DNA from: Camelus dromedarius
Lineage: Eukaryota
Assembly (NCBI RefSeq): GCF_036321535.1
Contig: NC_087436.1
Location: forward strand, 52,888,001-52,952,000
Length of the DNA stretch: 64,000 nt
Direction of reading: 5' to 3'
Every line of letters begins with the position of its first letter. Within the stretch, counting starts at the first letter, position 1. Below are positions 37,201 to 52,200 of this stretch, one piece after another. Under the pieces are notes generated by a model. It was given only the letters and a program-made list of their open reading frames with translations, searched no databases and had not been told where the DNA came from. The translations under genes were made by a program, and so were the position numbers.

Positions 37201-40200
37201 AGCAGAGGCTAAGTAGAGAACCTAGACTGTCACCCTCTCCAGGCTATAATGAGATGCCCTCATCTCCCCACTGGGGTAATAACACAGAAGATTGAGTAGG
37301 GAGCTGATACTTCCACTTCTGCCTGGCAGTAACAAGGTATCCGTTTCTCTCCCCTCCTTTGGGTAGTGCCATAAGTGGGCTGGTGAGACAGTCAGGACTT
37401 TTACCATCATCCAGAGGTAAACGTACCATATCCTTGTGTTGCCATTAAAGCCTAGGGAGCCATAATGAGGCACCCCTTCTCTTTCCAACCAAGGAGATAC
37501 CAGTGGAAGCTTGACTGGGGACTGGAAATCTCATCCCTGCCCATCAGTAATGAGGAGCCTCTCCTTTCAGATGTCATCAGAGGCCAAGGGGGAGACCTCA
37601 ACTTCTCCTCCCACCTGGGAATAACAAGGTGGTATTCTCTCTTCCTGCACCATGTAGGACCATTTAAAAAGAAGCTTTAGATAAGATCCAGTCTCATAAA
37701 ACTTCAAATGATCACATTTCAGTTGAAAATCACTTGTCATACTAAGAACCAAGAAAACTTCAAGCTGAATTTAAAAATTCAATCAACAGATATGCACATA
37801 AAAATGACAGAAAAGTTAAAATTGTCTAACAAATATTTTAAAGTGTCCATCTTAAAATGCTTCAATGAGCAATTACAAAGATGCTTGAAACAAATTTAGA
37901 AGAATAAGAGTCTCAGCAAAGAAATAGAAAGTCTGAGCAAATAAACAAAAGGTGTAAAGAATCAAATGGAAATTTTACAACTTAAAAATACAAAACCAAA
38001 ATATGACACAACCTTGTAAAATGACTATAAAGCAATAAAAAATTAAAAAAAAAATAAAACTAGCAGTGAATGGAATAAACAGCAGAATGATGGAGAAAAA
38101 AAAATTAGTGAATAGAAAAATAGACATTATCCAATCTGAACAATGAAGAAAGTAAACTGAAAGATAAAACAGAACATAACTTCAGGTATAAGTAGGACTA
38201 TGATGAAAGATTCAACATTTTTATCATAAGGGTCCTAGAAAAAGAGGAGAAAGAGGGCATAGCTGGAAAACTACTCAAAAAAATAAAGGTTGAAAACTTT
38301 ACATATGTGGCAAAAGATATAAATTTAATATAATTTGAGATGTTTAAGGAACTCCAAAGAGATAAGTCCAGTGAAATCCATACCATGACACATAATAGTC
38401 AAACTTCTGAAAACTGAAGAGAAAGAAAAAAAATCTTAAAAGCTCAAAAGAGAAATGACACCTTACCTATAGGGGAAAAGCAGTTCAAATGACAGTGAAT
38501 TTCATGTTAGAAATCATGCAGGCCAGGAGGAAATGGTACATTTTTCAATACTGAAAGAAAAGAAACTGTCAACCCAGAATTCTATACCAAACAAAAATAT
38601 CTTTTAGGAATGAAGGAGAAATCAAGATATTCTTCAGATGAAGGAAAAAATAGAATTTGTCATTAGCAGACCTACCCTAAAAGAATAGCTAAAGGAAATT
38701 CTCCAAACGAAAGAAAACAATAAAAGAAGGAATCTGAAGTATCAAGAAGGAAAAGAGAACATCGTAAACTAAAATATAGATAAACGCAATATACTTTGCT
38801 TCTCTTGACTTTGTAAATTATGTTTGACATTTGAAGCAAAAATTTTAACATTCTTTGATATGGTTCTAAATGTATGAAGAGAAAATATATAAGGCAATTG
38901 ATTATATTACAAAAAGGGAAGCATAAGGAACATACGGAGAAGTAAGGATTTCACAGTCCACTTGAAATAGTAATGCCACCAGTAGGCTGTGATAAGTAAT
39001 GTATATAGGATATACTATCTAGAACAACCACTAAAAAACTATACAAAGACATAGACTCAAAAACACTAGATAAATCAAAACGGAATTCTAAAAAACTGTT
39101 CAGGTAACTCAGAGGAGTCAGGAAAAAGAAAACAGAACAGAAAACAAAACAAAATGGCAGACGTAAGCTCTAACTTATCAGTAGTTATGTAAGCGTAAGT
39201 GATTTAAATACATGAATTAAAAGACACATTGGCAGAGGCAGAGTGAATTTTAAAAAACATGTCAACTATATGTTATCCATAAGAGACTCATTCCATTTGT
39301 AGCAGTTAGACAGGCTGAAAGTAAAGAGATGGAAAAAGATGTTATCATGCAAACATGAATCAAAAGAAAGCAGGAGTGGCTATATTGATATCAGAGAAAG
39401 TAGAATGTAGACTAAAAAAATTACCAGAGAGAGGCATTATATTATGATAAAGGGGCAGTCCTTCAAGAAGACATAACAATATAAATGTGTATGTACCAAA
39501 AACCAGAGATGCAGAATATGTAAATTAAAAATAGAACTGGAAAGGGAAATAGGCAACTTCACAATTATAGTTGGAAACTTAAGCACTTTTCTCCGAACAC
39601 TTGATAGAACAGCTAGATAGAAAATCAGCAAGAATAGAAAAGAATTAAACACCACTATTACCCAACAAGACGTAATCAACATTTGTAGAACACTCCATCC
39701 AACAACAGCAGACCGTAAATTCTTTTCAAGTTCTCAGAACATACTCCAAATTAGACCATATCCTGAGTCACAGAATAAACTTCCACCAAGTTAAAAAACT
39801 GAAATAATACAAAGTGTGTTTTGACCACGATGGTATTAAAATAGAGTCAATAACAGAAAGATAATTGGAAAATGTTCACTCACTTGGAAACTGGACAACA
39901 CACAGAAATAATCTACAGGTAAAAGAAGTCTCAAGGTAATTTTATTTTAAAAAGCACATTAAACTGAGTAAAAATTCAACATATCAAAGTTTGAGGGCAC
40001 AAGGGAACCAGCTAAAGCAGTGCCAAGAGGAAACTTATAACCCTAAGTGCATATATTAGAAAAGAGGAACAGCCTTCATGAACCTAGAGAAAGAAGAGCA
40101 GAATATACCTAAAGCAAGAAGGAAGGAAATAAACGTTGAGAGTGAAAATCAATAAAATTGAAATCAGAAAAACAATAGTGAAGACCAGAGAAACAGAAGA

Positions 40201-43200
40201 ACTAGTTCTTTGAAAAGATCAATAAAATTGATAGACTGACAAAGGGAAAAAAGAAGACAGAAATTGCTATTATCAAAAAATAGCATCAGAAACAAGCATA
40301 CAAACCCCACAAACATCAACAGGATAATAAGGGAATACTGCGAACAGCTCTACACGTACGTTTGCAACTTAGACGAGATGGACCAGTTTTTTTGAAAAAA
40401 TGCAGATAATCAGAACTTAGTCAGTTTGAAGTAGATAATATGAACAGCCCTAAAACTGTTAAGTAAATTAAATTTGTAATTAAGAAAACTCCCCCAAAGA
40501 GATCTCCTGACTCAGATATCTTTGTTGGAGAATTCTATAAAACTTTTAAAGAGAAGGAAAGATTTCCCAATCCATCTCACAAAATAATTATTACCCTGCT
40601 ATCAAAGACACTACCACAGAAAAGAAAAGGAAAGAAAAGAAAAGAAAAAAACTATAGACTAGTATCCTTCATGGAATAAACCCAAATATCCTTAACAAAA
40701 TATCAGAATTAAGCAATCTTTAAAAAGAATTATACATCCTGAACAAGCAGAGTGTATTCCAAGGGTGCAGAGCTGGCTCACTATTTGAATATCAGTCACT
40801 GTGATAACACTATTTTAATAGGCTAAAAAATAAAAATCTAACCACGTCAGTCAATGCAGTAAAAGTGTTTGAAATTTTTCACCATTCATTCGTGATAAAA
40901 ACTGACAGGAAATGAAACAGTGATGGAAAAATGGGAATAGAAAGGAACTGCCTCAGATTGATAAAAGAGCAACTATAGAAAACCTTAACACTATACTTAA
41001 TGGTGAAAGACTGACCACTTTCCCCCTAAGACTGGGAACAAACCAAGAATGTCCCCCTTTCACCACTCTTACTCAGCATACGGTTGGAAATTCTAATCAG
41101 TGCATTAAAGTGAAAGAAGGAAATAAATAGCACACAGATTGGAAAAGAAGAGATCAAACTGTCCCTATTTATAATAATATGACTATGTATAAAGTCCCCA
41201 AGAATGTACCCCCCAAATCCTAGAACTGATAAGTGAATCCTGCAAGATTTTAGTGTGTAAGATAAACACAAAAGTCAATTTAGAAGTGGTTTAGTGCATT
41301 TCTGTGTACTAATAGTGAACATGTAGACACTGAATTTAAAAATACATTATTGTTTACAATCACACACACAAGAAATACTTAGGAGTAAATTTAATAGAGC
41401 TTGTATAAGATTTGTATGCTGAAAGCTATACAATACTAATAAAAGAAATCAGAGAAGATCTAGATAAATGTAATGATACATCATGTTTATGGATTGGAAG
41501 ACACAGCAGTAAAGATGTCAAGTCTCCCCAAGTTGATACACATATTTAATACAATTCCTGTCAAAATCCTAGCAAGACTTCTTTGTAGATAAAAGGAAGT
41601 TTTTTCTAAAATTCATATAGAAAGATGAAGAACCTGGTTAAATCAAAATGATTTATTGAGAGAATCAAGTAGGAGCAATCAGTGTACTTGATTTTAGGAC
41701 CTACTTTATAGCTACAGTTATCAAAACAGCGTGATTTTGGCAGAGAGATAGACACATCAGTGGAACAGGACAGGGAACCTATGCAAATATGATGAAGGTG
41801 CCGAAACAATTCAGTGGAGGAAACAGGCTTTTCAGCAGACGGTTTTGAAGTAGCTGTACATTCATAAGCAAAACAACAACAAAAAAGTAACCTTTACATA
41901 AATCTCATGCTTTATGTAAGAATGAATTCAAAATGAATCTTGAATGTATATAAAACAACACTTTTTTAACTTTTAGCAAAAAATCATGGGAACAAATCTT
42001 CACAATCTTGGGCTATGCAATGATTTCTTAGATTTAACACCAGACAGCTTATAAAAAGAAAAGTAGGTAAGTTGAACTTCATCAAAAAAATTTTCATAGC
42101 AGAGATGCTATGAGGTGGAGGAAAAGACAAGCAATGAAATAGGAGAAAATATTTCCCAAGCACACATCTGACAACAAAGGACTAATATCTAGAATATATA
42201 AAGAACTCCCCAAGCCCAAAATTTAAAAAGCAGACAATCCAATTAGAAATTGGGTAAGAGACATGAAGAGACATCCCATTAAAGACTATATACAGATGGC
42301 AAATAAGTGTATGAAAAGATTTTCAACATTATTCCTTAGCCATTAGAGATAATACAAAGTAAAACCAAGATGAGATATGACTACACATCTATCAGAATGG
42401 TTAAAATAGAACAATGGTAACAACACCAAATACTGGTATGGATGCAGAGAAACTGGATCACTTGTACATTGCTGATGTGATATGACATGACCTAGTCACT
42501 CTGTAAAACAGTTTGGCAGTTCTCACAAAGTTAAGTATTCAGCTAACAGACAACCCAGAAATTGTGTTTCTGGGAATTTATCCCAGAAATGAAAATTTAT
42601 GTTTACATATCAACCTGGACATGAGTGTACAGTTTATTTGTAGTAACCAAAAACAAGAAACAACTCAGATGTTGTTCAGTGGGTGATTAGTGAAACAAAC
42701 AGTGGCACTTCCAGACTCTGGAAAACTACTCAGCAATAGGAAGGAATGAATGGGTTACTTAACAACCTGGATTGATGTCCAGAGAATTATGCTGATTGAT
42801 TTTATTTATATACTTTATTGTTCCATTTATATAGCATTCTTGAAATGCCAAAATTATAGAAGTGGTTAATGGTTGTGGGCAGTTAAAGAGGGGACGGAGT
42901 AGAAGGAAGTGGGTGTGGTTATTAAAGGGCAACCTGGGGATGGTGACGGAAATGTTCTGTGTACTGATTATGTCAATGTCAGTGTCCTGTCTGGATCCTG
43001 TGCTATAATTGTATAAGATACGATCATTGGAGGAAATTAGGTAACAGGTAGAAGGGATCTCTGTATTACTTCTTACAACTTCATGTGAATCTAAAGTTAA
43101 CTTCAAAATAAAAAGTGTAATTAAAGGAAAATGAATAAAGTAGAAGATATATTTTAGTGAAGTAAATGAGATGGAAATGTATTTTGTAATGCTTTGGAAT

Positions 43201-46200
43201 ACAAAAATAAATTTTAGTTTTAATTCTTTAGATAATAGGGAACCAAAAATCTTGATTATAGGTGTAGCACAAAGTAAATGAATAGAAAATTACTCTAGGC
43301 ACAGTGGATAGAATAGTCTTATACATATAATTATGAATTATGACAGTATTTCAAAAATATCTTATAAAATATAATGTTTGAAAGTTGTTTTTTTAAGGCA
43401 AAGCCTTAAAAATAGAATTGAGTTGCCAATAACTAATAGTTTAAAAAGTAACAACATTATGAACTTGAAATAGTCCTTTTAGTATATAGAGGTTAAATCC
43501 TAAAATTGTTATTACTGGAAGTGCACCTTTGGCAGATACTGCTAGATCGGTTTCTTTTTTAGGTATGGGTTAATACCTTGGCGGTGTTTGTATATGCATT
43601 GCTTGGATTTCTGATTATGCTTTCCCACTGGAGCAACATTATAAATGACTGCTATATTTATGAGCCATAGTCCTATTTTAAAGTCTGAAGAAAGTTTTGG
43701 ACTGTCTCCTCAGATAAATGGACAAGCCACCTTATTTTTTCATACCATTGGATTCAAAGACCACCTGAAAGCTAGCTCTGGATCAGAAGAAAGGTTCCAG
43801 AGAATCTTTATATAATTAATTTCACTGTGATATATAATCACCCAAAACAACTACCTAATGAGCATTTATTTGCTTGCACAGTACTTACGGCAGCTACCAC
43901 GTGGGATCCAAAAGCTATTTTTAAAATAATCCCATATTGCAAGAGGCTTATGATCTAGTTTAAGAAGCAAGCTGTATTTATGAAATGATTAATTATTGAA
44001 AGTGTCAGAATAAGAATAGGGTAATCCCTGCTTTTAGATCAAAGCATTACAGCTCTGTGAATTACCTCAAGAAGACATTTTGGTAATTAATGTACTCTTT
44101 TTGACACAAGAGTATGAGATAGGAAATAGAATTCTTCATAAACAAGTACACAAAATTAGCAAAATGAGATAGGAAAACTAGAGACTACATGGATTTGTTC
44201 AAAAACAAATTCAGACTTTATGTTAGACCCCGGGGGTATTGCAGTGAAAACAGACACGGCCCCTGCCCTCGTGGAGTTTACAGTATTAAGAGAAAAATTG
44301 CTCAGGAATAGAATGAAGAATCCCTTATGCTGGGCTGCAGTGTGCAAAAAAGGTTTATGGTATAGGTTGCATAGCGTTTACTTACTGTGCTAAAATACAT
44401 TTGACCTTGAATAAGTTTCCTAACCTTTTTGAGCCTCAGAGAGCGAATCTTTAAAGTGGGGATAATAATGGATAATGCAATAAGATACTGGGTTCCGAGC
44501 CCAGCACTCGGGAGTTACTGCAGTTATTATCGGTTTGAATGGCACTAATGAATGACTAGATTAGAGTACTAACAAAGAAAGAAGCAGGATATTAGAGGTG
44601 AAGCACAATAGTAAGAAAGCAGGTGGACATTCCTTTATGGTCAAGGCAATAGGGAGACTAGTATAAAAAACTGTATTGGGAGGTAATAATAATCCATGTA
44701 ATTACATGCAATGTGTAATACTTTAAAAGAAATTGTTACTGTTTTATTTTCTTGATTAGCCTCAAGTAGTTTTTTATTGTTGTTGTTCAATAAGTAGCTT
44801 TTAAATGGGGTAGTCTCTTTTAATAAAAAAAAAAAGCTTTGCTTACCTTACCAACTTTCACTTATTACTTTTCTAGAGATTGGAAACGCATATGCTGTTT
44901 TAAGCAATCCAGAAAAACGAAAACAGTATGACCTCACAGGCAATGAAGAACAAGCATGTAATCACCAGAACAATGGTAGATTTAATTTCCATAGAGGTTG
45001 TGAAGCTGATATAACTCCAGAAGACTTGTTTAATATATTCTTTGGCGGTGGATTTCCTTCAGGTATTTTAATGTTAGTTATAAGTGTTGTATTTTATGAA
45101 GCTAGAGATCCTCACTTCCAGTTAGACTATTTAGAGATAAATCTACTTTTTCCCTGACATCTTATAGTATTATGATCCTGTGATGGTTCTTCATGAAGAT
45201 AGAAAAAAAAATTATACTTATTACCTTTACTCTAAGTCCACCTTTTTTCCTAGGACATATTTTAATTTTAAAAAGATATTCTATATTTTATATGAAGCTG
45301 AAGAAAGGATGTGTAAGTAGAAGATCTGGTGGCAATATCATAGTTAAATGCTGTGACAATTATAGGAGGTAACCTATACTTTGGGTAACTATTTGACATT
45401 GGTTTTCTGAAGATCTTTGTAAATATTTCATTAATAACATTGTAGATTGCTAATATGGATATATGTAGAGGTACTTTCCGATGAAATACTCGTGTCTGAG
45501 TTATAGGCTATATATAAGGTAACTGGGTTTTAAAAAATTATATTAAGATAAAAATAGTTATCTGAACTAGGCTATCAAAGTAAAATACTGTAGAAGTACT
45601 ACTAAATGAATAGATTTTTATAGTACCAGCATAAGCAGTAAATTTTACTTACATTTACTGTGAGTTACTTGTATGGAAATTAATTTTCAAGAGTAGCTAC
45701 TCTGAGGTGGTTAAAATTGTAGCTCCAGTCTTGTTTACAGCAGTTATGAAAGGTGCTAAGTTAAACATCCCATTCAAAATTAGGAGAGTCTTTATGAATG
45801 TAGCAATACAGTTTGGCCTGCTAGCCCTGGCTGAATATCACTGAGAAAGATTGAGGTCATTGATAAGGCATTTTGTAAAGCATCCTTGAAAGAGGATGTG
45901 TAAATACAAATTAATGACTAAAAATATACCCTGAATTTTGACACATTAAGATACATAATTACCTATCACAGAAAAATTATTCAGACTAATAATTTTGACT
46001 GAAAATATTTTAGGAATAACTAGAAATCTTTTAGGTAATAGTGAATTTTCTGATTGTTGAAGTCCTTTTGTTTGTTTTAACATAGTTAATCAGTGGTAGC
46101 CATCTCTGGTTGGTCACCCTCTTTGAAAACAATTTGAATGTCCATCGAAAAGAAAATGTTTGAAAATTGTGGCAGAAATTGATAAATGCAGAAAGTAGAG

Positions 46201-49200
46201 TTTCAGATTAATGATCCAAGGTTTCTGAAAACAGCTGACCACAGCAAAAATCCTCTATGTACTCAGTATTAGGGAGGGACTCAATTCAAGTTTTCATCAA
46301 GAAAGAACTTCCCCTTTACTTTAAGAGAAGAATCATTCTTGGTTTTGTCTACCCTCTACTCACAAGAAGAGGCATTCATTCCTCAAACATGGATTGTTTT
46401 AGTAATTTTAAAAATTAAATAAAAATATAATAGAAAATATAATTTTTCTGATCATGATTTCCTCCCTAATTTAACCTTGCTTTTAATTTCCTAGGTAGTG
46501 TACATTCATTTTCAAATGGACGACCTGGTTATAGCCATCAACATCAGCATCGACACAGTGGACATGAAAGAGAAGAAGAAAGAGGAGATGTATGTTTATG
46601 ATATGATTAGAAATCTTAAAATTGCAAATTTTAACTCAGGAAAAGCAATTAGAGTTGTCTGAAAATAGGACAAGTTGTTTTAAAAGGAAGTAACGAGTTT
46701 TCTTTTACCAGAGGTGTTCAGTAGAGACTAGAGAACCCCTTAGTTATGTTGGGGGAGCAGGGGTGGAAGTCAGGGTTGGAGGGTGGTTGGGCAGCATGAC
46801 ACTTCACATTTGATAGTCTGTGATTCTAATGAAGATAAACCTGCAGTGTGCATGCTTTGAAGGTAAAGTTTTATTGCTGGTTCTAAAGAATTTAGAATTA
46901 ATACAAAAACTTAAATTACAAGTCACTTTCCTTGTTCTAATGCAATTATACCTAATTGCATATAGCAGTTAAATTACATGAAGTAGAAAGGTAAATGGAA
47001 AAGGCAGTAGACTAGAAAGTAAAAGATCTGGGCCTCAGCTCTCCCACTCTCATCAACGTCCATGATCCATGCTCAGATCCAAGGTAAAAATAGTTTTGCA
47101 AGCTACTGCATATTGATAGAGTCTGTATGAGAAGAAGAGAGAGACAGAGGACTTCCACATCTGTAAAGTGAGATGAGGTTATATCATTGTTGTCCAAATC
47201 AGGATCATGATCTCTAGGTGAAGAACCTAGAAAGTTGTGTTTTTAAGAATCACCCCCAGGAAGTTGGTATGATCAGGCAGATTTATAAGCATTGAACCAG
47301 ATGATCTCAAACGTCCTTTCTGCCTCTGAAAATGTATGACAGCTGTTGGATTATTGACAACTACAGTTATATTACAATCTGTTATTCTTTGATGATTTTT
47401 TTATAGGGAGGTTTTTCTGTGTTTATCCAGCTGATGCCCATTATTGTATTGATCCTCGTGTCATTATTAAGCCAGTTGATGGTCTCTAATCCTCCTTATT
47501 CCTTATATCCCAGATCGTAAGTAGCTAAGTGAAGTTTTACGAAAAGACGAATTGTTTCTTGCCTAGCTTCATTTAAAGGGCCTCTTGCTCTCTTAAACTT
47601 TTAAGTGCCAAATCTTTTACTACTACATGTGTACCTGATTTAAAAGTCTCTAATTTTAAAAATACTCAAGCAATAAATTCGTATTTTGTTAGTTTACACT
47701 TCTGTTCCATTGTGAATAAAGACAGAAGTGCTATATTAGAACTTGATAGCAATTTAACGTTAACAGGTAGTATGTTGACATCAAAGACTTTAGAAGACAA
47801 AAATAGAATTGTGATTGATCTTATGTAGATTTGTGTCATTAAAGGGGAAATGACTTCACTCTTCTGTCTGTAAAATATTGATTAAATAAAAGCAAATATT
47901 ACTTTTTTGTTATATGAGGTAGTTTTCCATAATATACATTGTATATAAAAGGTCAGGACATATAGTCCATTTAATGCAGCATCCATTCTAAAAGACTTTA
48001 GTATAATACAGTGGACATAAAGGAAACTGTAAAATCAAAATCATATTGCCAGTGATTTTTGTAATATTAAAAAATAGATTGGTCTAAAATTAAATAATTT
48101 ATTTCTTCCAAATAAAATTTGTACTAACTAAAAATTGAGAGAACTTATAAGAACATAATATATTAAAATGATTGCTTTTTTATGACATGAATGGTAGTTT
48201 TAGGTAATTTGAGATAATGTAAATACTTGATTACCTATATTAACTTTTAATTATTTTCAATTGTTTTTGTTAGTTTGGTTTGTAGTAGCAAATCAGAATG
48301 TACAATTTTAATTAAAAAATAATAATCAAGCATTTCTTTTACAGTGGATCAGGGCAAACGATTAAAATGCAGACAGAAAACTTGGGTGTCGTTTATTATG
48401 TCAACAAGGACTTTAAAAATGAATATAAAGGAATGTTATTACAAAAGGTAGAAAAGAGTGTGGAAGAAGATTATGTGACTAACATTCGAAATAATTGCTG
48501 GAAAGAAAGACAACAAAGTAAGTTTATCAAATGTTTTAACATTTAAAAATTTATTCAGGGTCTTTGGAATTGATTACTGTGTATTTCCCTACTCAAAGAA
48601 TGTTATAGAATTGCCTGGCACATACTCGGAGCCCAATGCTTAAATGAGACCATATGTTTTAATGTGCATGTGGTCTTATAATAGTATTTGGCACATAGCA
48701 AGGACTTAATAAATGGCAGTTGTGTGCTTGTTGTTATAATAAATATTTGGTGGAATAAGTGGATAATACTAAATTTCATTGTATTTACGACGTTGTCAAT
48801 TGTGGCATGCATCACTATTTTATGTACCACTAGGAAAGAAAAAGATCCTGGCATAAACTATGTCATCAGTTCTAATATACATCCTGTTTCAGATTTAAAT
48901 TTGAAGCTCTTCATGAATTCACTAATTCAACATGGAGCACTTAATGTACAATGAGTTTTGTTGACATTTCATTTTCCTTTATTTTGTATGGAGAGAAGTC
49001 CTAGTGAACTCTTAATCAATTTGTTTAGCCTTTTCCAGCCTCGGCTGTCTTAATTAAGCAGTTATACCTATAAAAAAGTTGACATTAAGAATCTGCCAAG
49101 ATGCTGCATGTGAACTGAGTGTTAGAGTTTTTTGTCTTTCTGACTGTTATGAATAATGTAGACTATATGGTGAAGACTTTGGAATTAAACAGACTAAAGT

Positions 49201-52200
49201 TGAATCCTACTCTGAAAAATTTCAGCTGAGTGATTAGGAACAAATAGTCTAACGTCTGTGAATTTATTCCCTCATATATAAAATGGATAATGATGATGAT
49301 GAATGGGAAGAGGAAGTAACTGTAATTTAAATACCTATTGTTTCAGTCACTGTCCTAAGTACTATATATATATATATATACACATACACACACACATATA
49401 AAGTTATTTAAACTCCACAACACTGTGAGGTTATTACACCTACATTATTTATGAGGAAACTGAGGCAAAGAGAGATTAATTAGAACTTGCCCAAAGTCGT
49501 CAAGGTAAACTATGATTCGAAACCAGTTTGTTTCAGAATCCAGCACTGTGCTCCACAGCCTTCTCAATAGTACCTAACTTTATGGGCTTGTTGTGAAACT
49601 TAAATTAGGCAATAGTTAAAGTGTCTCATGTGTAGTAAATACTCAGAGAATGGGAGCAGTATCATTATCTCTTACTCACCAGGGAAAATTTGATGAAACT
49701 AACCTTGTGTACTTCTAAGAGAGTCCTCATCTCTAGCCTTGGTTTCTTCATCTATATACTGCTAGTTAGAGGCGATATGACCTCCTTGGTTTCTAAGTCT
49801 GGGTCTGTGAATCAGTCTGTTCTCAATGTGGAGAAGATTAGACTGGTGGTTTTCAACTGGGAATGATTTGCCCCTGCCTCCCAGGGGACATTTGGTAACA
49901 ATGTCTGGAAACTGTGTCAGCACGGCAGGGATGGGGGATGAGGTGGTGGTGGAAGGGATTGCTACCAGCATCTGATGGGTTAAGGCCAGGGATGCTACTA
50001 AATATTCTTCAGTATGCAGGACAACCTCCACAACAAGAACTATCTGGTTCCAAATGCCAGCATTGCTGAGGTTGCGAAACCTTGTATTAGCCGAAGGTCT
50101 TAAGGAAGTATTTACCACATTTTATTTATTTAATTTTATTTTGCTTAATTTTTTGATCTGTAGTACTTTGCACAATCCTTGGCACGTCATAGTCATAAAG
50201 TAAGTTTTGATGGCTATGTGAGCAATTGGATGAATAATGAACGAATTCATAAGAATGAATGAACGAAAGACCTGCTTATTTTGTGTTAAAGAATGGCTAG
50301 CATGTTAGATAAAACCATTTTCAAATACAAGTTCTACTCCCCAGCCAAAATGGGTGATTTTTGGATTATGCATACTTACCTTCTATTACCTTAAATAATT
50401 GGGAATTGACTGCATAAAGAGAAAGAAGGACGGGAAAGATACTCATTTATGGAAGAGAATGTAACATTATGATTAAAGTGTAGGCTCTGGGACTGCCTTG
50501 CAAGATCCTGGCTCCACCAGCACATTACCTAGGCGAAGTTACTTAACCTAAGGCTCAGTTATCTTATTAAAATATGGACCGGATAATATATACTAACACT
50601 TAGCATAATGCCTTGCACCAGTAAGTGTATTATTATTTATTATAATTATCATTATTTTTTACTCTAGCCCTAGCAAACTAAGTGGTTTTGCTTGGCATAA
50701 TTTAGTTTCACCTTTTAACAGTCTGGCAAGGTAAGTATCACAATAGGTTTCATGGACGCTTCGGTCGATCTTCTGTCTACTATACCACATTATCTACAGC
50801 TATATTGTACACATTTATACGTGTCTTTCAAAGTTATTAGCAGAAGTTTTAGCTAATTCTGATTTAGTAAGTCATTATTTACAAAACAACTTGCTTGTGT
50901 TCAAGACTATTAAAACAAGACAAAACTCTTAAAGACTAGAGAGACGTGACAACTAAATATAGTGTGTGATCTTAGATTGGATCCTGAATGGGGAGGCAAT
51001 GGTTATAAAGGACATCAGGACACCACTGAGACAATTGGCAAAATCTGAATATGGACTACACATTAGATAATGGTATTATGTCATTGTTAAAGTTCTGAAT
51101 TTGAAAATTGTATTGTGGTTATATAAGAGAATGCCCTTGTTCTTGGGAGAAACATGCTGAAGTAATTAGGAATGAAAGGTCATGGTGTCTGCAACTTACT
51201 CTCAAAAAGTTCTACAAAATAATAATAACTACCACAACAATAACAACAACCTTTATTGTAGAGAAAGCTAAAGCAAATTTGACAAAATGAGAAGAATTGA
51301 TCAAGGTAAAAGGTCTGGGAGTGTTTATTGTGGTACTCTTAATTTGGGTGTACATTTGAAATTTTCGAAATCAAATTCAACAAATTTAGCAAATCTACAG
51401 GTGAGGAATTTGGATACTCTTGTCGGGATTTTTCTGTTTAGAGTCACTTCTAACATTCTCTAATGTCTACATTGGTAAAATAGGTGTTCTATAAAATACG
51501 AGCAGTAATTTGAGGTAATGGAAAGAGTATTAGGCTAGAGTTGGAGATTTAGATTGGAGTCTAGATTCTGCCATTTCCTAGCCCTGTGAACTTTGACTTA
51601 TCTACCTCATTAGGAAAGAATTGTATGCAAACAGATTTTACAAGTGCCTCATTTGTAAGTAAAAGAGGTGGAGTGATTCTGATTGAGTTGTTAAATCCTA
51701 ACCTGATCATTTCTGAATGATCCTTGCAAATAGAATACACTCGTATCTGTGTATTTTTAATGTGGTCCTATCTGAAGTCCTCTAATTTGGCCACTGTTTT
51801 TTAAATCTTATTTAAGAGCTCCCACCCTTTAGAAGTGTTAACTAAACAGTGAAATGGCTGGGACTAACTGGAAAATAGAAATAGTTCCCTTAGGAATGTT
51901 TGATTTCTAATCCGTTCATCTTTCTTAATTAATGCTAACCACATATTGAAGGAAGCCTCAAAGATACTTATTTGCTAAATACCACTACTATGAATGTAAA
52001 GCAAGCTTTTTTCTCTTTTGTGTTCCTTTAGTAAGTTTATTATATATGTTTTAAATCAGGCAAACCCAAAACAAGATTTAATTTTTTTCTACTCAGATCT
52101 TGGCAGTTAATTAATTGGGAACCTTAATAAAAGCTCATAGCAAAAACAACTACTGGCAGTGTTGAATTGCATATGATACCTTTGGGATAAGAGGTTGAGA

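Noticed and set aside
37800..42700. Functional L1 ORF1/ORF2
   Set aside because: No long + strand ORF in the track; riddled with stops and frameshifts.
44874..44878. Tandem acceptor TAG|AG at DNAJB14 exon 4
   Set aside because: The 2-nt shift is frameshifting and GAG is a disfavoured acceptor; the first AG gives the correct protein.
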